The position numbers were made by a program, and so were the translations under genes. 60,553 nucleotides of DNA, taken from a virus. Lineage: Duplodnaviria > Caudoviricetes. The DNA lies in IMG/VR virus record IMGVR_UViG_3300025097_001925, positions 1 to 60,553 of that record; one strand, written 5' to 3'. Position 1 is the first letter of the stretch; every line of letters starts with the position of its first letter. The notes below the pieces were generated by a model. That model searched no databases and had not been told where the DNA came from. It saw only the letters and a program-made list of their open reading frames with translations. Shown here one piece after another: positions 57,081 through 60,553 of the stretch.

Positions 57081-59399
57081 TTAACCCCGTCTAAAAATTT
57101 GTTTCTTTAAATCGTTGAAATTTTTGTTAAGAAAACCTTCAAACTTTTGATTCATAAAATCTGTTACAGCACCTAATGGATTTTCAAACCAAGTTTCTGT
57201 ATTATAGTCATAACCTTTTTTCCAAAAATCAGTATAATTAGTCCTAGCAGGTCCACCTGAACTGACAGTTGGTGGAACATTATAAGTGCCATACTTACCA
57301 TAATGTTTAAGCCAAGGTAAGTCATAATGTTTACCTGTAGTCATCGGTAGATTTTTATGTATATATGTGTAATCACAATTTACAGTTACATATTTTGGTA
57401 ATTTAAGACGTGTATTATCAATTTCCCAAGTAGTTTCCTCTGGTATATTTACTGTTAATCCACTTATAAACCCTGGTGTTTTATTAAAAATCTTACCTAT
57501 AGTCAAATAAGTAAAGGGTGGCACCATTCTATTGTTTTTATACGTGGGATACGTTAATCCAACTAGAAAATTAAGTTTATCCCATAAAATCAATAATTCC
57601 TGTTTTGTATTGGGATATATCTTAAAATCAAAAGTAACCTGTCTATTTGTACCTTGATATACATGAACTTGGTCTGGTCTACCTATATATCTATCCGAAC
57701 TCCAATCGGGTGAAAGAGTATCTGTTATAGTACCTAGTATAGCTCTAAAAATTAACCATTTACCATTTATTGCATCTCTAAATTTAAATGGTATAAAATC
57801 ATCACGTGTATTATTTTTATCTAAATCAGTAAGTTTACCACCGTATGGCATTGCGTTAACTCCATCCATAGTATCAGTTTTAACTATACTATTCAATTCT
57901 GTATCAAATTTAGCTAATGCACTATTATTACTCTGACCATCCAGTACATTCATTTTATTTTTACCTTTATTTCTAAAACGTAATTTTTCAGCATTTACTG
58001 CTGAGCGGTCTATAGCATTTTTAGTCTTAGTATGAACCTCTAAAACACTAGCATCGGTTTCAGAAGGAGACTTATAACCCAGATTAGTATAACTATTCTC
58101 TCCCTGTAAATTACCGTAAGCTAAAACAGAATATCTATCTATAGTAGATGCTCTTGGATGAGTACCACCGTCTCTTCTATTAGCCTTAGGTACTCCCGTA
58201 CCTGTAAATTCGTAAAATAAATCAACTAGTGGTGTAAATGGTCCGAAACTATTAACAACTGGTGGGTCTGGCATTAGAAAACTGAATGGTCCTAGTACCT
58301 TACCTACTTTCTTAAATTGTTTATCAACCCACATATTTGTTTTTTGTAAAAGAGGGTCTTCAATCAAAATAAGTTGTTTTGTAAATCTTGTTAATCTTGA
58401 ACCATCCCCATTTTCTCCTATTCGACCAGGAACAAATGCAAAATCTTTAACATTTGAATAATTTGAAATTAATCCTGCAGCTTCATTAATTCCTTTTGGT
58501 AAAAACGTACTTGCAAATGAACCTCCAATGGCTAAAAGATTTTGCCAATCACTTTTGGTATCACTAGTATTTGGTACATTTAAATGTCGTTGTAAGTGTA
58601 ATACACCTGGTGAAGAAAGTAAGCTTAATGGATTCCATTTTGTAGTTTCAAATCGTGGATTTTGTTTTTGTAATATTATCTGTTTAGCTAAAAATGAAAC
58701 TCCTCTTCCTGTTGTTACAAATCTACCTTTTCTCGTAGCATCTGCAAATTCTCTACCTATAAAGCCACTAAAACCAGGAGCTCCTCTACCAAAAACATCA
58801 CCTACTAAATTATCAAAAAACTGTACACCTTGTCTTAATGGTATTTCTATCTTGTTACCAAAAACCTCTACATTAGGATTTTTTATATCCTCTATATCAA
58901 TACCCCACCTACTACCAATTTGTCTTACTATAAAAGGTTCTTTACCAAAATCACTTACACTACCACGTCTACGAATTCCTAAAATACCCTCTTTATCTAA
59001 ATTTTTATAATACTCGTCTAACCCTTTCTTCTCTGTATTACTAAAAGCAAAACTACTTACTCTATTTTTAGTTTCTATTGCACGATTTGAAACCAAATCA
59101 CTAACCGACATAACAACAGGAACATTTTCCATACTAACATTATCAGGGGCTCTCCATCTAAATGTAGCAGGTAGTGGTGTTTCTGGTATTCCTTCACCTG
59201 TATAGTTAGATTCAAATTTTATTGGGTTTTTATCAAATCCTGGACGATGTATATTAGGAAAAAAATCACCAGCAGAGTTTCTCTCTCCAAATGTATCTTC
59301 CATTGGTAATACTTTTTGGTCAGTATCATACCTACCACTAATCTTACTTAAATTAGTAGGTTTTTGTCTCAAGTCTGATACTAAATCAACTAAACCCAT
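57081..59399 (-). CDS. Putative baseplate/tail tube initiator protein
   Basis: C-terminal FRA, YIGR, R...FDF, PP...LTIG, WEI...LP; between tape measure and LysM genes. Confidence 0.6.
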   Translation of the reverse strand: MGLVDLVSDLRQKPTNLSKISGRYDTDQKVLPMEDTFGERNSAGDFFPNIHRPGFDKNPIKFESNYTGEGIPETPLPATFRWRAPDNVSMENVPVVMSVSDLVSNRAIETKNRVSSFAFSNTEKKGLDEYYKNLDKEGILGIRRRGSVSDFGKEPFIVRQIGSRWGIDIEDIKNPNVEVFGNKIEIPLRQGVQFFDNLVGDVFGRGAPGFSGFIGREFADATRKGRFVTTGRGVSFLAKQIILQKQNPRFETTKWNPLSLLSSPGVLHLQRHLNVPNTSDTKSDWQNLLAIGGSFASTFLPKGINEAAGLISNYSNVKDFAFVPGRIGENGDGSRLTRFTKQLILIEDPLLQKTNMWVDKQFKKVGKVLGPFSFLMPDPPVVNSFGPFTPLVDLFYEFTGTGVPKANRRDGGTHPRASTIDRYSVLAYGNLQGENSYTNLGYKSPSETDASVLEVHTKTKNAIDRSAVNAEKLRFRNKGKNKMNVLDGQSNNSALAKFDTELNSIVKTDTMDGVNAMPYGGKLTDLDKNNTRDDFIPFKFRDAINGKWLIFRAILGTITDTLSPDWSSDRYIGRPDQVHVYQGTNRQVTFDFKIYPNTKQELLILWDKLNFLVGLTYPTYKNNRMVPPFTYLTIGKIFNKTPGFISGLTVNIPEETTWEIDNTRLKLPKYVTVNCDYTYIHKNLPMTTGKHYDLPWLKHYGKYGTYNVPPTVSSGGPARTNYTDFWKKGYDYNTETWFENPLGAVTDFMNQKFEGFLNKNFNDLKKQIFRRG

Positions 59400-60553
59400 T
59401 ATGATACTCCTATACCATCAATCTTTCTAATCATTCTTTCATTTAATACTACCAAATCACCCAACAACTGATTAGTTTTATCCATATTAATACTTTCAGT
59501 TCTTACTATAGTTTCTCCTGCGTGAGCCATAGCTGCTCCGCCTGTAATATTAACTCCCGTTCCTACTGGTAATCCTTGAAAACTTGCTATAGCTCCTACC
59601 GCAGCACCACTTAATACTCCTATACCTGCACCTATACCTGCAGCACCAGCTGCACCCGCTGCCATTCCACTGAACATCGCAGGTAATCCTACTCCCATTG
59701 TTAAACCACCAATAATCATACCAATTATTGCACCAATAGCAGCACCTATTCCTACCCATGACCATTTTATTTCAGCAGCTACCTTTCCAGCAGTTTCTTC
59801 TTCAGCAACCAACTTACTTAAATCCTGTGTAGAAATTTGTAGAGCTTTTGCTGTAGCTTCTCTTTCTAATCTACTCATATTTGCAAATTCGGCTTCCGTA
59901 CCTACTTGTTTTCTAACTTCAGTCATCATTCCAGCTATATCATCTGTCAACATCAATTGTCTTGCTCGGTCAAAATTAAGCTCTCTACCAAGCATTACAG
60001 AAGCTTCCGTTTGTGCGGCTATAGAAGATTCAAAATCCATTAAACCCTCTGCAATTTGTGATGCTGTACCTAAATTTAAACCAAGTTTTCTTGCTTGAGC
60101 GGCAGCTATAAATAAATTATCACTTCCAGCTTTAGAATGTAACGCAAAGAATTCAGCATTAGCTGCTACATCTTTCATTACTGCGCCAGGAGCGACTCCC
60201 TGTTGTCTAATAAGTTGGGCTGTACTCTCCAACTGAGATTGTAGTGTTTCCCTACTCGCCGAAGACATTGACTCCATAGTTTTTAATAAATTGGCTGCTT
60301 CTGTAGCTCCAAGACCTATTTTCATAGAAAATTTTGCGAAGTTTAAAACACTAAGAGTAGATGTTTGATTTATTCCACCTAGTGTAGATGAAATAGCATT
60401 AAAGGATTCTTTTATATCCGCAGATTCTAAACCAAAAAGTTTACCTACAACTGAAGCAGCTCCCAATCTTGCTTGTATTCTACCAGCTTCAAAAGATGAA
60501 ACACCCAATTCTTTTCGTGTATCAGCTACAGCATTTGCAAGTAAAGTAGCTAC
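59399..60553 (-). CDS. Tail tape measure protein, C-terminal part (5' end outside window)
   Basis: Ala/Gly-rich helical sequence with a hydrophobic segment; frame open to the window edge. Confidence 0.8.
   Translation of the reverse strand, partial: VATLLANAVADTRKELGVSSFEAGRIQARLGAASVVGKLFGLESADIKESFNAISSTLGGINQTSTLSVLNFAKFSMKIGLGATEAANLLKTMESMSSASRETLQSQLESTAQLIRQQGVAPGAVMKDVAANAEFFALHSKAGSDNLFIAAAQARKLGLNLGTASQIAEGLMDFESSIAAQTEASVMLGRELNFDRARQLMLTDDIAGMMTEVRKQVGTEAEFANMSRLEREATAKALQISTQDLSKLVAEEETAGKVAAEIKWSWVGIGAAIGAIIGMIIGGLTMGVGLPAMFSGMAAGAAGAAGIGAGIGVLSGAAVGAIASFQGLPVGTGVNITGGAAMAHAGETIVRTESINMDKTNQLLGDLVVLNERMIRKIDGIGVS

Noticed and set aside
605-59010. Plus-strand ORFs in the track (e.g. 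38388-38864, 52630-53055, 58528-59010)
   Set aside because: They lie antisense to well-supported minus-strand genes, lack motifs and have shadow-ORF composition
198-59765. Nested minus-strand alternative-frame ORFs (198-386, 14500-14730, 59550-59765)
   Set aside because: Fully inside stronger genes, with no recognisable motifs
1-60553. tRNA or rRNA genes
   Set aside because: No cloverleaf or T-loop signature found in the few intergenic gaps by eye; tRNAscan-SE would be needed to exclude them fully

Overview
AT-rich, gene-dense fragment of a large tailed dsDNA phage genome with a T4-like replication set. Essentially every credible gene is on the minus strand, and many are translationally coupled (ATGA/TAATG overlaps, GGAG Shine-Dalgarno sites). 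In the direction of transcription (right to left) it contains: (1) tail morphogenesis genes (tape measure cut by the window edge, baseplate/tube-initiator-like, LysM/tail-X-like, hub-like); (2) a RimK-like ATP-grasp ligase and a compact, divergent family A polymerase; (3) a replication/recombination block (gp32-like SSB, RecA/UvsX, 5'-3' exonuclease, DnaB/gp41 helicase, class II ribonucleotide reductase, family B polymerase, sliding clamp, DNA methyltransferase, clamp loader, DUF1599, PD-(D/E)XK nuclease, SLOG protein, small RHH-like protein); (4) a ~29 kb glycan island (3678-32552) with about a dozen glycosyltransferase-like genes, GDP-fucose and dTDP-sugar enzymes, two DegT aminotransferase domains, a nonulosonic acid module (NeuB, cytidylyltransferase, SDR, GT42-like transferase), methyltransferases, a B12 radical SAM enzyme and a sulfotransferase fusion; (5) a lysis-like and small-gene region, then a non-coding end with 16-bp tandem repeats and hairpins. 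Hand translation of gaps missed by the ORF track shows several gene scars that keep both termini but lack the middle, including a metallo-beta-lactamase/Rieske remnant. There is also a small gene bracketed by 27-bp direct repeats and a recurring TATATACATATATATA motif. Functional calls come from motif recognition only; no searches were run.
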